DNA of 64,000 bases from assembly GCA_047601445.1 (NCBI GenBank), contig JASGJH010000001.1, positions 5,856,001-5,920,000 on the forward strand. The letters are read 5' to 3'. The translations under genes were made by a program, and so were the position numbers. The DNA is from Myxococcales bacterium. GTDB taxonomy: Bacteria > Myxococcota_A > Polyangia > Polyangiales > DASUME01. Positions 37,994-49,202 of the stretch are shown here, piece after piece; positions within the stretch are counted from its first letter, which is position 1; every line of letters starts with the position of its first letter. The notes beneath the pieces were generated by a model. The model did no database searches. It was not told where the DNA came from and was given only the letters and a program-made list of their open reading frames with translations.

Positions 37994-38833
37994 TCACTGC
38001 GCGAGCATGCGCTTCCGGCGCAGCTTGGCGCCTTCTGCGATGAGACGCTGATAGCCCGTGGGCAGCAGGCGCTGCATGAGGTCGATGGCCACCGCGTCGG
38101 GTCCGATGAGCACGCGCCGTGAATTGCCCAGGATGCCGTTGACGATGTCCGCGGCCGCAGAGTCGGCCGTGGTGATGAAGGCCTTCTCGAAGTCCTTGGT
38201 GGAACTCGCGCTGACGACGCCCTTGCGCTCCGTGGTGCGCGCGCTGCGGGCGATGTTGGTCTTGATGCCTCCGGGATGCACGCAGGTGACACCGATGTTG
38301 CTGCCCTCGAGCTCGAGCTCCAGGCGTAGCGCCTCGGTGAAGCCCTTCACGGCGAACTTGGACGCGTTGTAGGTGGCCTGGGCGGGCACGGCGATCAGGC
38401 CGAACACGCTCGAGACGTTCACGATGGCGCCTTCACCGGCGCGCTTGATGTGCGGCAAGAAAGCCTTGGTGCCGTACACCACGCCCCAGAAGTTGATGCC
38501 CATCAGCCACTCGAAGTCGCTGTAGCTCACGTCCTCCACCGTGGCGCCCACCGTGACGCCGGCGTTGTTCAAGATCACGTTGACCTTGCCGTGCTCGCGC
38601 ACCGTGGCCTCGGCCCACTCGTACATGGCCTCGCGGTTCGCGACGTCCACGCGGGTTTCGGTGACCTTCACGCCCAGCTTGCGGCAGTTCTCCGCAGTCT
38701 CGGCGAGTCCCTTGGTGTCCACGTCGGACAGCGAGAGATGACAGCCCAGCTTCGCCAGGCGCAACGCCGTGGCGCGACCGATGCCCGATGCTGCGCCCGT
38801 GATGGCCGCGACTTTTCCATTGAGTGATTTCAT
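37994..38833 (-). CDS. Short-chain dehydrogenase/reductase
   Basis: TGAASGIG, NNAG, YNASK. Confidence 0.95.
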   Translation of the reverse strand: MKSLNGKVAAITGAASGIGRATALRLAKLGCHLSLSDVDTKGLAETAENCRKLGVKVTETRVDVANREAMYEWAEATVREHGKVNVILNNAGVTVGATVEDVSYSDFEWLMGINFWGVVYGTKAFLPHIKRAGEGAIVNVSSVFGLIAVPAQATYNASKFAVKGFTEALRLELELEGSNIGVTCVHPGGIKTNIARSARTTERKGVVSASSTKDFEKAFITTADSAAADIVNGILGNSRRVLIGPDAVAIDLMQRLLPTGYQRLIAEGAKLRRKRMLAQ

Positions 38834-38846
38834 GTTGCTGCCTGCC

Positions 38847-39599
38847 TTACTTGCGCACGGGCGCGTCGGCCCGTGCGGACTCGGGGTTGAGATCGACGTC
38901 GAGAGACTCGAGGTGAAACAGGGCCTGGGTGAGCTCCTGCGGCGTCGCGAGGAGGCCGAAGGCGAGCCGCAGCATGGCGTCGCGCGTGGCCTTCCAGGCG
39001 TTGGCGTCGCGGGCGGTCTCGAGGTGGTAGTGGTAGCCGAGGAACTCCACGCCTTGCAGCACGGTGTCGAGCACCAGCCGCGAGGGCTTGGGACGGCCTG
39101 CTTGCTCGGCGGCGCGCTCGAGCTCGCCGGCCAACAGCGCCATGATTTGCTTGCGATGACGAGAGGCCGGGGAAGCCGCGTCGTGGAGCTCTGCGAACAA
39201 CGGACGCAGCGCGAGTCCTAACTCCGCGCCCCAATCACGCCACGCTACGAGCGAAGCTTCCACCTTGGCGAGCGGGAGGCCTTCGGTGTCCTGCAGCGCG
39301 CGCAGCAGGCGGCGCATGAGGTCTTGATTGACCTCGCGGAACACCGTCTCCATGGCGTCGTCCATGGAGCGGAAGTGCTTGTAGAAGGTGGGCCGCGAGA
39401 GGCCGGACTCGGCCAGCACCAACTCCACGCTCAGGCCGCGGTAGCCGCCGCGCGCGAACACATTGCGCGTGGCATCGAGCAGAGTGCGCAGCACGAGCTC
39501 GTGCTCGGCAGCGCTCTTGGGCGGCCGGCCACGGGGACGACTCCGCGTACGCGGGGACGCAGCGCGGCGGGTCTCGCTGGAAGCGGTCTTGGCGGGCAC
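38847..39599 (-). CDS. TetR/AcrR family regulator
   Basis: RGRPPK, LSVELVLAESGLSRPTFYKHF. Confidence 0.9.
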   Translation of the reverse strand: MPAKTASSETRRAASPRTRSRPRGRPPKSAAEHELVLRTLLDATRNVFARGGYRGLSVELVLAESGLSRPTFYKHFRSMDDAMETVFREVNQDLMRRLLRALQDTEGLPLAKVEASLVAWRDWGAELGLALRPLFAELHDAASPASRHRKQIMALLAGELERAAEQAGRPKPSRLVLDTVLQGVEFLGYHYHLETARDANAWKATRDAMLRLAFGLLATPQELTQALFHLESLDVDLNPESARADAPVRK

Positions 39600-39627
39600 G
39601 AAGGTCCAACCTCCGCTCCCGGATTTA

Positions 39628-39647
39628 CGCTGACACGAGTGTCAGCG
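39628..39647. promoter_or_regulatory. Palindrome CGCTGACAC-GA-GTGTCAGCG, putative TetR operator
   Basis: Perfect 9-bp arms about 30 bp upstream of the TetR start; matches the 33391 motif. Confidence 0.7.
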
Positions 39648-39789
39648 CAAATGAGAATGCAGCCCGACCCCCTCCGGTCACGGTTTTGGGGCACCACGCA
39701 CCTGCCCACGCCCCGTCTTCAGTGAGCCCGATCGCTTCGGGGAGCGGGGCAGGGGACGGTTTTCGCTTTTGCGCTTTCGGTGCGCGCGA

Positions 39790-40353
39790 TCAGAGCGGCA
39801 GGCAGAGGTAGTGCACCCAGTCGCATGTGCAGGAGTACTGGTCCTTCTTCTCGTTCTCCCAGCCGCAGCCCCAGTACGGGGGCACCCCGAGGCAGAGGCC
39901 GCCCACGATCGGGATCGGCGGAGGCTCGGGCGGGCACATGGCGTCGCTGCCCTTCTTGAGCTTCCACTTGCCGCCATCGGTGGGGGGCGGGACGCTGCCC
40001 GTTCCCGCATCGTCCACCGGCTTGTGAACGCCACCATCGCTGTCGACGATCACGCCGCCGTCGAAGCCGCCACCGGTGTCGCCATCGCCATCGCCGTCGC
40101 CGAATTCGCCGGTGTCGCCATCGCCGCTGGTGTCGCCGTCGCCCGCGGTATCGCCGTCGCCGCTGGTATCGCCGTCGCCGTCGCCGTCGCCATCGCCATC
40201 GCCATCGCCGTCGCCGGTGATGGCGCCAGGATCGCGGGTTTTGGCGTCTTCGCCGCAGGCGCCGAGGAGCAGCAGACCGGAGAGCACGGCGAGCCAAGCC
40301 AAGCGTCGACGCCCGGCCACTGAAACACTTTTGTGTGCAAGCAAGTGGAGCAT
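39790..40353 (-). CDS. Small lipoprotein with Gly-Asp repeat linker and 6-Cys C-terminal domain
   Basis: Lipobox LLGAC, (GD)n and GDT(S/A) repeats; start may be GTG 40320. Confidence 0.8.
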   Translation of the reverse strand: MLHLLAHKSVSVAGRRRLAWLAVLSGLLLLGACGEDAKTRDPGAITGDGDGDGDGDGDGDGDTSGDGDTAGDGDTSGDGDTGEFGDGDGDGDTGGGFDGGVIVDSDGGVHKPVDDAGTGSVPPPTDGGKWKLKKGSDAMCPPEPPPIPIVGGLCLGVPPYWGCGWENEKKDQYSCTCDWVHYLCLPL

Positions 40354-40514
40354 GGGGCGGATGCTTGCATACCGATACGTATTCCGAACTGACAGCCTCG
40401 ACGTCGCGACTTACACCCTGGCCCGCTTATCGATGCGTCATCTGAAGGCCCGTAGACCAGCCCACGAACGGCGGTTTTCCGCAGGTGTCCCGCGGACTGA
40501 CTAGACTCGCTTCC

Positions 40515-41114
40515 ATGACACCGCTGCTGGTCTTCGACCTGGTCGCGACCCTCGTCTTCGCCCTCGAGGGCGGCCTGGTCGCCCAGCTCGCGAGTCTCGA
40601 CCTGCTCGGCGTCCTGGTGCTCGCCTTCGCAGTCGCCCTCGGTGGCGGCCTGCTGCGCGACCTTTTGATCGGCGCCGTACCGCCCAATGCCCTGTCCGAC
40701 GTCCGCTATCCCTTCGTGGCTTTCGCAGGCGGCGCGCTGGCCCTGTTGGTCGCTCCCATCATGCGCCACATCCCCGAGTGGCTCCTGCTCGGACTCGACG
40801 CGGCGGGGCTCTCCTTGTTCGCCGTCACGGGTGCCCAAAAGGCGCGCGACAAAGGGCTCCCCTTTCTGAGCGCGGTGCTACTGGGCGCGATGACGGGCGC
40901 GGGCGGCGGCACCATTCGCGACATCCTGCTCGCACGCATTCCTCTCTTGCTGCGCGCCGACGTCTACGCGACCGCCGCCATGCTCGGTGCAGCCGTCCAT
41001 TTGATCTGCCTGCGACGCGGATGGAACACGCGCAGCGCCGGAGTGCTCGGTGTCGCAGCTTGCTTCGTGCTGCGCATCGTCAGCATCGCGCGCGGTTGGT
41101 CGCTGCGACTCTGA
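40515..41114 (+). CDS. Trimeric intracellular cation channel / UPF0126 (YadS/YicG-like) membrane protein
   Basis: Duplicated GGGLLRDLL / GGGTIRDIL motifs; LDAAGLSLF. Confidence 0.9.
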   Translation: MTPLLVFDLVATLVFALEGGLVAQLASLDLLGVLVLAFAVALGGGLLRDLLIGAVPPNALSDVRYPFVAFAGGALALLVAPIMRHIPEWLLLGLDAAGLSLFAVTGAQKARDKGLPFLSAVLLGAMTGAGGGTIRDILLARIPLLLRADVYATAAMLGAAVHLICLRRGWNTRSAGVLGVAACFVLRIVSIARGWSLRL

Positions 41115-41119
41115 GTGAG

Positions 41120-41201
41120 ACTCCGAAAAAAATATATCGATCATCGAGATAAACCTCCGAAAATATATCGATTATCGACATATCACCGACAAAACCGTCG
41201 G
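41120..41201. promoter_or_regulatory. Duplicated AT-rich palindromic sites (ATATATCGAT-N-ATCGAnATA x2, plus CCGAC-N6-GTCGG), putative activator binding sites
   Basis: Direct repeat CTCCGAAAA..ATATATCGAT(C/T)ATCGA, roughly 160-240 bp upstream of a sigma54 promoter. Confidence 0.6.
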
Positions 41202-41360
41202 CTCGCTCGACAAGAACGTCAGCCACCACTTGGGCACGAAGGGCGCTGAAAACAGCCAAAACTACCGAAAAATCGCGATTTGTTTCTGACCCGCGTCTCC
41301 GTCGTTGCGACGTCGAACCTGCTCCGAGTCGTCCAGTTGCACATGCTCGATCTGCGCACT

Positions 41361-41376
41361 TGGCAGCGCGCTTGCA
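41361..41376 (+). promoter_or_regulatory. sigma54 (-24/-12) promoter TGGCAGCGCGCTTGCA
   Basis: Near-consensus TGGCAC-N5-TTGCA about 50 bp before the substrate-binding protein gene. Confidence 0.8.
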
Positions 41377-41427
41377 ATGCAACCACTCACAAGCAGCCAC
41401 ACGCCACGCCAAGAACCCGGAGTCCCC

Positions 41428-42777
41428 ATGAAGCAAACCCCACCACCTTCCAACGCCCCCAAAGGTCGCGCGCCGCGCAAGCAAGACACTCAGGATGCTC
41501 CACTCGGTCGACGTAAGTTCCTGGTGACCACTGGCCTCGGCGTGGGCGCAGCGTCGGTGTTCTCCGCTTGCTCCAGCGAACCCAAGGAAGCGCCAAAGAG
41601 CGAAGCTGCCAAAGCGGGACCCGCGGCAGGCACGGGGCCCGAGTTGGCGGACTTGCGCTTCGGCATGATCGCGCTCACTGACTGCTCTCCCATCGTGATC
41701 GCCCATGAAAAAGGCTTCTTCAAGAAGCACGGCATCAACAGCACCATCGTGAAGGGCGCGAGCTGGGCGGCCATCCGCGACTCGCTCTCCACCGGCGACA
41801 TCCACGCCACGCACATGTTGCTCGGCATGCCCATCGCTTCGAGCATGGGTCTGCTCGGCTCTCCGAAGAAGCCCATGGTGGTGCCGTGGCTGCTCAACCG
41901 CAACGGACAAGCGATCACGCTCGCCAACTCTCTCAAGGGTAAGGTCTCCTCCGATCCCAAGGCGCTCAAGCCGCTGGTCGACGCCGCCAAGGCCAAGGGC
42001 ACGCCGATGAGTTTCGCGATGACCTTCCCGCCCGGCACGCACGCCATGTGGCTTCGCTACTACCTTGGCGCGGGCGGCATCGATCCCGACAAGGACGTCT
42101 CGCTGATCACCATTCCACCGCCCCAGATGGTCACCAACATGAAGCTGGGCAAGATGGACGGCTTTTGCGTGGGCGAACCGTGGAATGCGCGCGCCATCGC
42201 CGACGGCATCGGCTTCACGGCGATGGCCACCCAGGACATCTGGAAGGATCACCCGGAGAAGGTCTGCGCGTTTACCCAGGAATTCGCGGACAAGAACCCC
42301 AAGACCGTGAAGGCCGTGTTGAAGGCGTTGCACGAGGCCAGTGTCTGGCTCGACGACCTCAACAATCGCCCCGAGCAGGCCAAGATCGTCTCCGCACCGA
42401 CCTACATCAACTGTCCGCCGGAACTCATCCTCGGTCGCTTGCAGGGTCACTATGACTACGGCGACGGCCGCACCAAGGACGACCCGAACTACATGATCTT
42501 CAGCAGCCGCAACTGCAACTATCCGCAGCCCAAGTTCGCGGCCTGGTGGCTCACCCAGTTCCGCCGCTGGGGCATGGTCGACGGCACGCCCGACTACAAG
42601 GGCATCTCCGAGCAGGTCATGCACACCGGCATCTACGAAGAGGCCATGAAGGAGCTCGGGGTCACGCACGGTGGACGCGACGACAGTCCGATCTCCCTGT
42701 TCGACGGCGTGACCTTCGATCCTGCCCGACCCGACGAGTACGCGATGTCTTTCTCGGTCAAGAGCGCGAGGGGCTGA
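41428..42777 (+). CDS. CmpA/NrtA-family ABC substrate-binding protein (nitrate/nitrite/cyanate/bicarbonate class), Tat signal
   Basis: GRRKFL twin-Arg; GMIALTDCSP, MTFPPGTH, GFCVGEPWN, HPEK. Confidence 0.93.
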   Translation: MKQTPPPSNAPKGRAPRKQDTQDAPLGRRKFLVTTGLGVGAASVFSACSSEPKEAPKSEAAKAGPAAGTGPELADLRFGMIALTDCSPIVIAHEKGFFKKHGINSTIVKGASWAAIRDSLSTGDIHATHMLLGMPIASSMGLLGSPKKPMVVPWLLNRNGQAITLANSLKGKVSSDPKALKPLVDAAKAKGTPMSFAMTFPPGTHAMWLRYYLGAGGIDPDKDVSLITIPPPQMVTNMKLGKMDGFCVGEPWNARAIADGIGFTAMATQDIWKDHPEKVCAFTQEFADKNPKTVKAVLKALHEASVWLDDLNNRPEQAKIVSAPTYINCPPELILGRLQGHYDYGDGRTKDDPNYMIFSSRNCNYPQPKFAAWWLTQFRRWGMVDGTPDYKGISEQVMHTGIYEEAMKELGVTHGGRDDSPISLFDGVTFDPARPDEYAMSFSVKSARG

Positions 42778-42779
42778 TC

Positions 42780-43547
42780 ATGGAAAAGAAGTTCGAAGGC
42801 TATCTGCTGCCCTTCGTGGGCGGCGCGGTGGTTCTGGCGTTGTGGGCGATCAGTAGTGCGAGTTGGGCCGACAGCCTGCCCTCTCCGTATCAGACGTGGG
42901 TGGCCAGCAAGCTGTATCTGCTGAGCCCCTTCGAGAAGCGCGGCGAGCTCGACCAGGGCATCCTGCGCTTCACCTGGTACTCGCTCGTGCGCGTCTCCCA
43001 GGGTTACGCGCTGGCCATCGTGATGGGGGTACCCTTCGGCTTCTTGCTCGGCGTTTCCAAGCGCTTCGCCAAGGCGTTCGATCCGATTGCTCAGATCCTG
43101 CGCCCGGTGTCGCCGCTCGCCTGGCTGCCACTCGGCCTCGTGCTGTTCCAGAAGTCCGAGCCCGCGGCCACGTTCACCATCGCCATGTGCTCGATGTGGC
43201 CCACCGTGCTCAACACCGCGCTCGGCGTGCGCTCGATTCCGCCCGAGTACACCAACGTCGGCCGCGTGCTCGGCCTGTCGCCGCTGCGCCTGTTCTGGAA
43301 GATCCTGCTGCCCGCCACGCTGCCTTATATGTGGACCGGCTTCCGGCTCAGCCTCGGCATCGCCTGGCTGGTGATCGTGGCCGCCGAGATGCTCACGGGC
43401 GCGCCCGGCGTGGGCGGCTTCCTGTGGCAGGAGTACAACGCGCTCATCTACGAGCACATCTTGCTCTGCATCCTCACCATCGGCCTCGTGGGCTTCGCAC
43501 TCGACCGCCTGATGGGCGTGGCCGAGCGCCGCATGGGAGCCGTGTGA
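42780..43547 (+). CDS. NrtB-like ABC permease
   Basis: LRPVSPLAWLPLG, GFRLSLGIAWLVIVAAEML. Confidence 0.93.
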   Translation: MEKKFEGYLLPFVGGAVVLALWAISSASWADSLPSPYQTWVASKLYLLSPFEKRGELDQGILRFTWYSLVRVSQGYALAIVMGVPFGFLLGVSKRFAKAFDPIAQILRPVSPLAWLPLGLVLFQKSEPAATFTIAMCSMWPTVLNTALGVRSIPPEYTNVGRVLGLSPLRLFWKILLPATLPYMWTGFRLSLGIAWLVIVAAEMLTGAPGVGGFLWQEYNALIYEHILLCILTIGLVGFALDRLMGVAERRMGAV

Positions 43548-44368
43548 TGGCCAAGCTCGAACTCAAGAACGTGAGCAAGGGATTCGGCGTGGACGGGTCG
43601 CGGCGCGAGGTGCTCTCGGGCATCGATCTCACCATCGAGGACGGCGAGTTCGTGGCCATCGTGGGCTTCTCGGGCGTCGGCAAGACCACGTTGATTTCGC
43701 TGCTCGCAGGGCTCTTGATGCCCGATTCTGGCAGCCTGACGCAGGATGGCGCGCCGATTCGTGGTCCCGGTCGGGAGCGCGGCGTGGTGTTCCAGAGCTA
43801 TGCCTTGTTGCCCTGGCTGAGTGCCTTCGAGAACGTGCTCCTGGCCGTCGACAGCGCCTTCGGGGATCTCCCGCAGGAGAAGCGGATCGCGCGCGCCGAG
43901 GAGTGCCTGGCGCTGGTGAACCTGGCGGCGGCCCGCAACAAGCGCATCCGCGAGCTCTCGGGCGGCATGCGTCAGCGTGTGTCCATCGCGCGCGCCCTGG
44001 CCCTCGGGCCCGAAGTGCTCTTGCTCGACGAGCCCCTGGGCGCGCTCGACGCGCTCACGCGCTCCACCTTGCAGCGCGAGCTCGAGACGCTGCTGATGCG
44101 CGAGAAGAAGACCATGGTGATGATCACCAATGACGTCGAAGAGGCCGTGCTGCTCGCGGATCGCGTGATCCCCTTGAGCATGGGGCCGAAGGCGAAGTTG
44201 GGTCCGGCGTTCCGAGTCGACCTGCCGCGGCCGCGCGACAAGAAGCTGCTTCAGAGTGACCCCACCGCCAAGCGCGTGCGTATCGAGGTCACCGACTACC
44301 TGGTGAGCGAGATGCGCACCAAGGGCAAGATCAAGCGCGCGCCCTCGTCGACGGAGCTCGGGACATGA
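43547..44368 (+). CDS. NrtC/D-like ABC ATP-binding subunit
   Basis: [27 protein letters not shown]-loop reads ITND. Confidence 0.93.
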   Translation: MAKLELKNVSKGFGVDGSRREVLSGIDLTIEDGEFVAIVGFSGVGKTTLISLLAGLLMPDSGSLTQDGAPIRGPGRERGVVFQSYALLPWLSAFENVLLAVDSAFGDLPQEKRIARAEECLALVNLAAARNKRIRELSGGMRQRVSIARALALGPEVLLLDEPLGALDALTRSTLQRELETLLMREKKTMVMITNDVEEAVLLADRVIPLSMGPKAKLGPAFRVDLPRPRDKKLLQSDPTAKRVRIEVTDYLVSEMRTKGKIKRAPSSTELGT

Positions 44369-45213
44369 ACAAGTTTTTGGAGATGTTCGAGCTCAAGAAG
44401 AGCTTTCCCAAGGACGGCGGGGAGGTCGTCATCGTGCAGGACTTCAGCCTGAACTTGCAGGAGGGAGAGTTCGTTTCGCTGATCGGTCACTCGGGCTGCG
44501 GCAAGTCCACCGTGCTGAACATGGTGGCGGGCCTGATCCCGATCGACCTTGGGGGCGTGGTGCTCGGCGGACGCGAGATCGCCGGACCCGGACCCGACCG
44601 AGGCATGGTGTTCCAGTCGCCCTGTCTGCTGCCCTGGCTCACGGTGCAAGGCAACGTGGAGCTCGCCATCGACTGCGTGCGGCCCGAGCTCAAGCGCCCG
44701 GAGAAGCAGAAGCTCGCGGCGCACTATCTGGAGATGGTCGGGCTCGAAGACTGTCTCGATCGCAGGCCGCGCGAGCTCTCGCAGGGCATGTGTCAGCGCG
44801 TGGGCATCGCGCGTGCGCTGGCCCTGGATCCCAAGATCCTGCTGCTGGACGAGCCCTTCGGCATGCTCGACTCGCTCACGCGAATGGAGCTGCAGGAGGT
44901 CCTCTCGGACATCTGCGCCAAGACGCGCAAGACCACGTTGATGGTGACCCACGACGTCGACGAGAGCGTGTATCTCTCGGACCGGGTCGCGATGATGACC
45001 ACCGGCCCCAACGCCACGCTCGGGGAGGTGGTGGACATCCCGTTCGCGCGCCCACGCGACAGGCACACGGTGCTGGAAGACAGCGCCTTCGATCGGCTGC
45101 GCACGCGCATCCTCACGTTCCTCGAGCAGCAAGCTCATCAGCCTAGCCCGGGCGCAGGCCCGTCGCTGGCGCCTGCCACCAACCTACTCGGCACTGCACA
45201 TCAAGCTTTGTAG
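44365..45213 (+). CDS. NrtD-like ABC ATP-binding subunit
   Basis: [30 protein letters not shown]. Confidence 0.93.
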   Translation: MNKFLEMFELKKSFPKDGGEVVIVQDFSLNLQEGEFVSLIGHSGCGKSTVLNMVAGLIPIDLGGVVLGGREIAGPGPDRGMVFQSPCLLPWLTVQGNVELAIDCVRPELKRPEKQKLAAHYLEMVGLEDCLDRRPRELSQGMCQRVGIARALALDPKILLLDEPFGMLDSLTRMELQEVLSDICAKTRKTTLMVTHDVDESVYLSDRVAMMTTGPNATLGEVVDIPFARPRDRHTVLEDSAFDRLRTRILTFLEQQAHQPSPGAGPSLAPATNLLGTAHQAL

Positions 45214-45369
45214 ACCTTACTGTCTGACGATTTTCGAGCAGACTCGCTCTGCTCATGCACCACGATTTTTCGCGGGTGGCAGCACCCGTGTGGCCTGCGC
45301 ACGCGGGCATGGTCGCTTCGCGTTGACACTTACCCCCCGAACCCCCCAGCGTAATTGAAGAGGAACTCG

Positions 45370-46362
45370 ATGTACCGCCATTGTCTTTCGAAGCTCACTC
45401 AAACCGCTCTCGTGCTTTCGCTGTGTAGCTTGGGCGTCCGCTCGAGCGTGCAGGCACAGGACACCGCGGTGGCCACGCCGACCGCCGAGGCGACCACCAC
45501 GGCCACGCCAACCACCGTGGAGACCACCGTCGCTCCCGCGCCGGAAGCCCCCAAGCCGAAGCCCAAGTACTCCTTGCCCTGGGCGCTCAGGCCCGCGATT
45601 GCGCCCAACGTGTTGCGCAGCGACAGCAGCTACATGACGAGTGATCCGACGAAGGCCTTCGTGTCCACCATCCTCGGTGGCGCCAAGTTCCTCCCCAACC
45701 TCGGTGCCTACGGCAAGCTCGCCATCACGCACAACAACCCCGAGAAGGGCCCCAGCGCCAACGCGGTGAGCAACCCGCTGTTCTTCCTGCTCTACACGCC
45801 CGAGGTCTCGAAGGGTATGCGCTTGCCCGTGATGCTGGGCTTCACGTTGCCTGTGGGCGGCGGCGGCGGCGACGACCCCGACCTTCCCCACAAGGCCGCA
45901 CAGGGTGCTGCCATTCCCACGCGCTCTGCGATGGAGAACGCGCTCTACGCCGTGAACTTCTTCACGGTCACCGAGGGCATCGGCTACGCCTGGATCAAGG
46001 ACCGCCTGACCCTGCAGGTGGAAGCCACGCTGTTCGAGCTGTTCCGCGCCCGCGGCGACAAGGTGGAGAAGGATAGCTTCCGCCTGAACTCCACCTTCGG
46101 AGCCCATGCTGGCTATGCCATCCTCGACATGCTCACGCTGAGCGCCGAGATTCGCTATCAGCGCTGGCTCACCGACGCGGCGCCCGTGAAGATGGCCGCC
46201 GTCAACCGCGACACCCTCACGGTGGGCGGCGGCGCGCGCCTCAACCTGCCCGTGGGCAAGGTCACGCTGCGCCCAGGCTTTGCCTACTTCGCACCCCTCG
46301 ATGACCCGATGAAGAAGAACAGCGCGCACATCTTCACCTTCGACGTGCCCGTCCTGTTCTGA
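45370..46362 (+). CDS. Putative outer-membrane beta-barrel protein
   Basis: GAGGA RBS; signal ending VQA; Thr/Pro linker; amphipathic strands; terminal Phe (FTFDVPVLF). Confidence 0.7.
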   Translation: MYRHCLSKLTQTALVLSLCSLGVRSSVQAQDTAVATPTAEATTTATPTTVETTVAPAPEAPKPKPKYSLPWALRPAIAPNVLRSDSSYMTSDPTKAFVSTILGGAKFLPNLGAYGKLAITHNNPEKGPSANAVSNPLFFLLYTPEVSKGMRLPVMLGFTLPVGGGGGDDPDLPHKAAQGAAIPTRSAMENALYAVNFFTVTEGIGYAWIKDRLTLQVEATLFELFRARGDKVEKDSFRLNSTFGAHAGYAILDMLTLSAEIRYQRWLTDAAPVKMAAVNRDTLTVGGGARLNLPVGKVTLRPGFAYFAPLDDPMKKNSAHIFTFDVPVLF

Positions 46363-46435
46363 GCCTGTCTTTTTCGAGGGAACGATGCTTCGCACAGCCT
46401 CGACGCCGCGAGAGCGTTGGACTATCACCGAACCC

Positions 46436-47368
46436 ATGACCGAGAAGCTGCCGTCGTTCGTGCGCGCGGTCGAAGTCTGGATCCCCGACGGAGACTTGCT
46501 GCAGTTGCGGTCGGGTGCCTACGGGCACCTGGCCCAGTTCGAGCAAGCCAGCGTCGAGCTCGTGCTGCGCAAGGGCCAGGGCTTGCCCGGAGCAGCCTGG
46601 GAGAGCGGACGCGCCGAGGTGTGGCAGCAGCTCGGGCCGCCCTTCGTGCGCACCGAGCCGGCGCGGGAGGCTGGCCTCGAGGCGGCGGTGGCCTTGCCCA
46701 TCTACCGCGGTCACGAAATGGCCGCAGTGGTGGTGTTTTTCTGCGGCGCGCGCGCGCAGACCGGCGGTTGCATCGAGGTGTGGGAACCCGATGACGAGGG
46801 CGAGCTTGCCCACATCGATGGTTACTACGGCGGACTGCGCCTTTTCGAGGAGCAGAGCCGTCACCTCAAGTTCAAGCGTGGACAAGGCCTGCCGGGCGCC
46901 GTGATGCAGCGGGGCTCTCCGTGCATCGTCGACGACCTGCGCAACTCCGAGACCTTCGTGCGCGCCCACGCGGCGCGCGAGAGCGGCGTGGAGTCGGGCC
47001 TCGGCATCCCGTTGTTCTGTGGTTCGGAGCTGGCGCAGGTGGTGTTGTTCCTGTCGGCCGAGTCCACTCCGCTGGCGCGCGCGTTCGAGGTCTGGTTACC
47101 CACCTCCAACGGCCAACTCGAGTGCTCGCAGGCCTATTACAGCGCGGGACTGGGCAACTTCGGTCGCGGCGCCTGCGAGCCCGTGGGATCCGGCCAAGAC
47201 CTGGCAGGCAAGGTGTACGAGAGCGGCTTGCCGATGGCGCTCGATCCCTCACGGTCGCCGAGCTTCCTGCGGCGTGGCGAAGCATCCGCGGCGGGGCTCG
47301 ATCTCGGGATTGGTCTACCCATTCACGACGGCGAGCGCGTACGCGCGGTGGTGCTGCTGTTCGTGTGA
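46436..47368 (+). CDS. Stand-alone tandem GAF-domain protein
   Basis: Three related units starting EVWIP / EVWEP / EVWLP with G(Q)GLPG motifs and GLGIP/GIGLP ends; no output domain; alternative start 46385. Confidence 0.8.
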   Translation: MTEKLPSFVRAVEVWIPDGDLLQLRSGAYGHLAQFEQASVELVLRKGQGLPGAAWESGRAEVWQQLGPPFVRTEPAREAGLEAAVALPIYRGHEMAAVVVFFCGARAQTGGCIEVWEPDDEGELAHIDGYYGGLRLFEEQSRHLKFKRGQGLPGAVMQRGSPCIVDDLRNSETFVRAHAARESGVESGLGIPLFCGSELAQVVLFLSAESTPLARAFEVWLPTSNGQLECSQAYYSAGLGNFGRGACEPVGSGQDLAGKVYESGLPMALDPSRSPSFLRRGEASAAGLDLGIGLPIHDGERVRAVVLLFV

Positions 47369-47379
47369 TGGGGAGGCGC

Positions 47380-48987
<1,608 letters not shown>

Positions 48988-49202
48988 GGTTAGCAGCTTC
49001 GTGTTTCTGCGCTGTATCTTCGGTGAAAGCAGATTGGATATACGTACGTGAGGTCGGCGCCCTACGAGCTAGCCCGTACACGCCAGTGAAGTGGCTCGCT
49101 CATTGCGCCGCGCACGAGGGGCCTTCCGCGCTTCGGGTTACAAGGAACGGGGTGATGCTTGGCGCCACGCGCGGAGTTTCTCCTACACTGGCCGGCGCCA
49201 GC

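Noticed and set aside
40075..40215. Short tandem repeats as a possible CRISPR array or VNTR
   Set aside because: In-frame Gly-Asp-Thr coding repeats with no unique spacers and no cas genes
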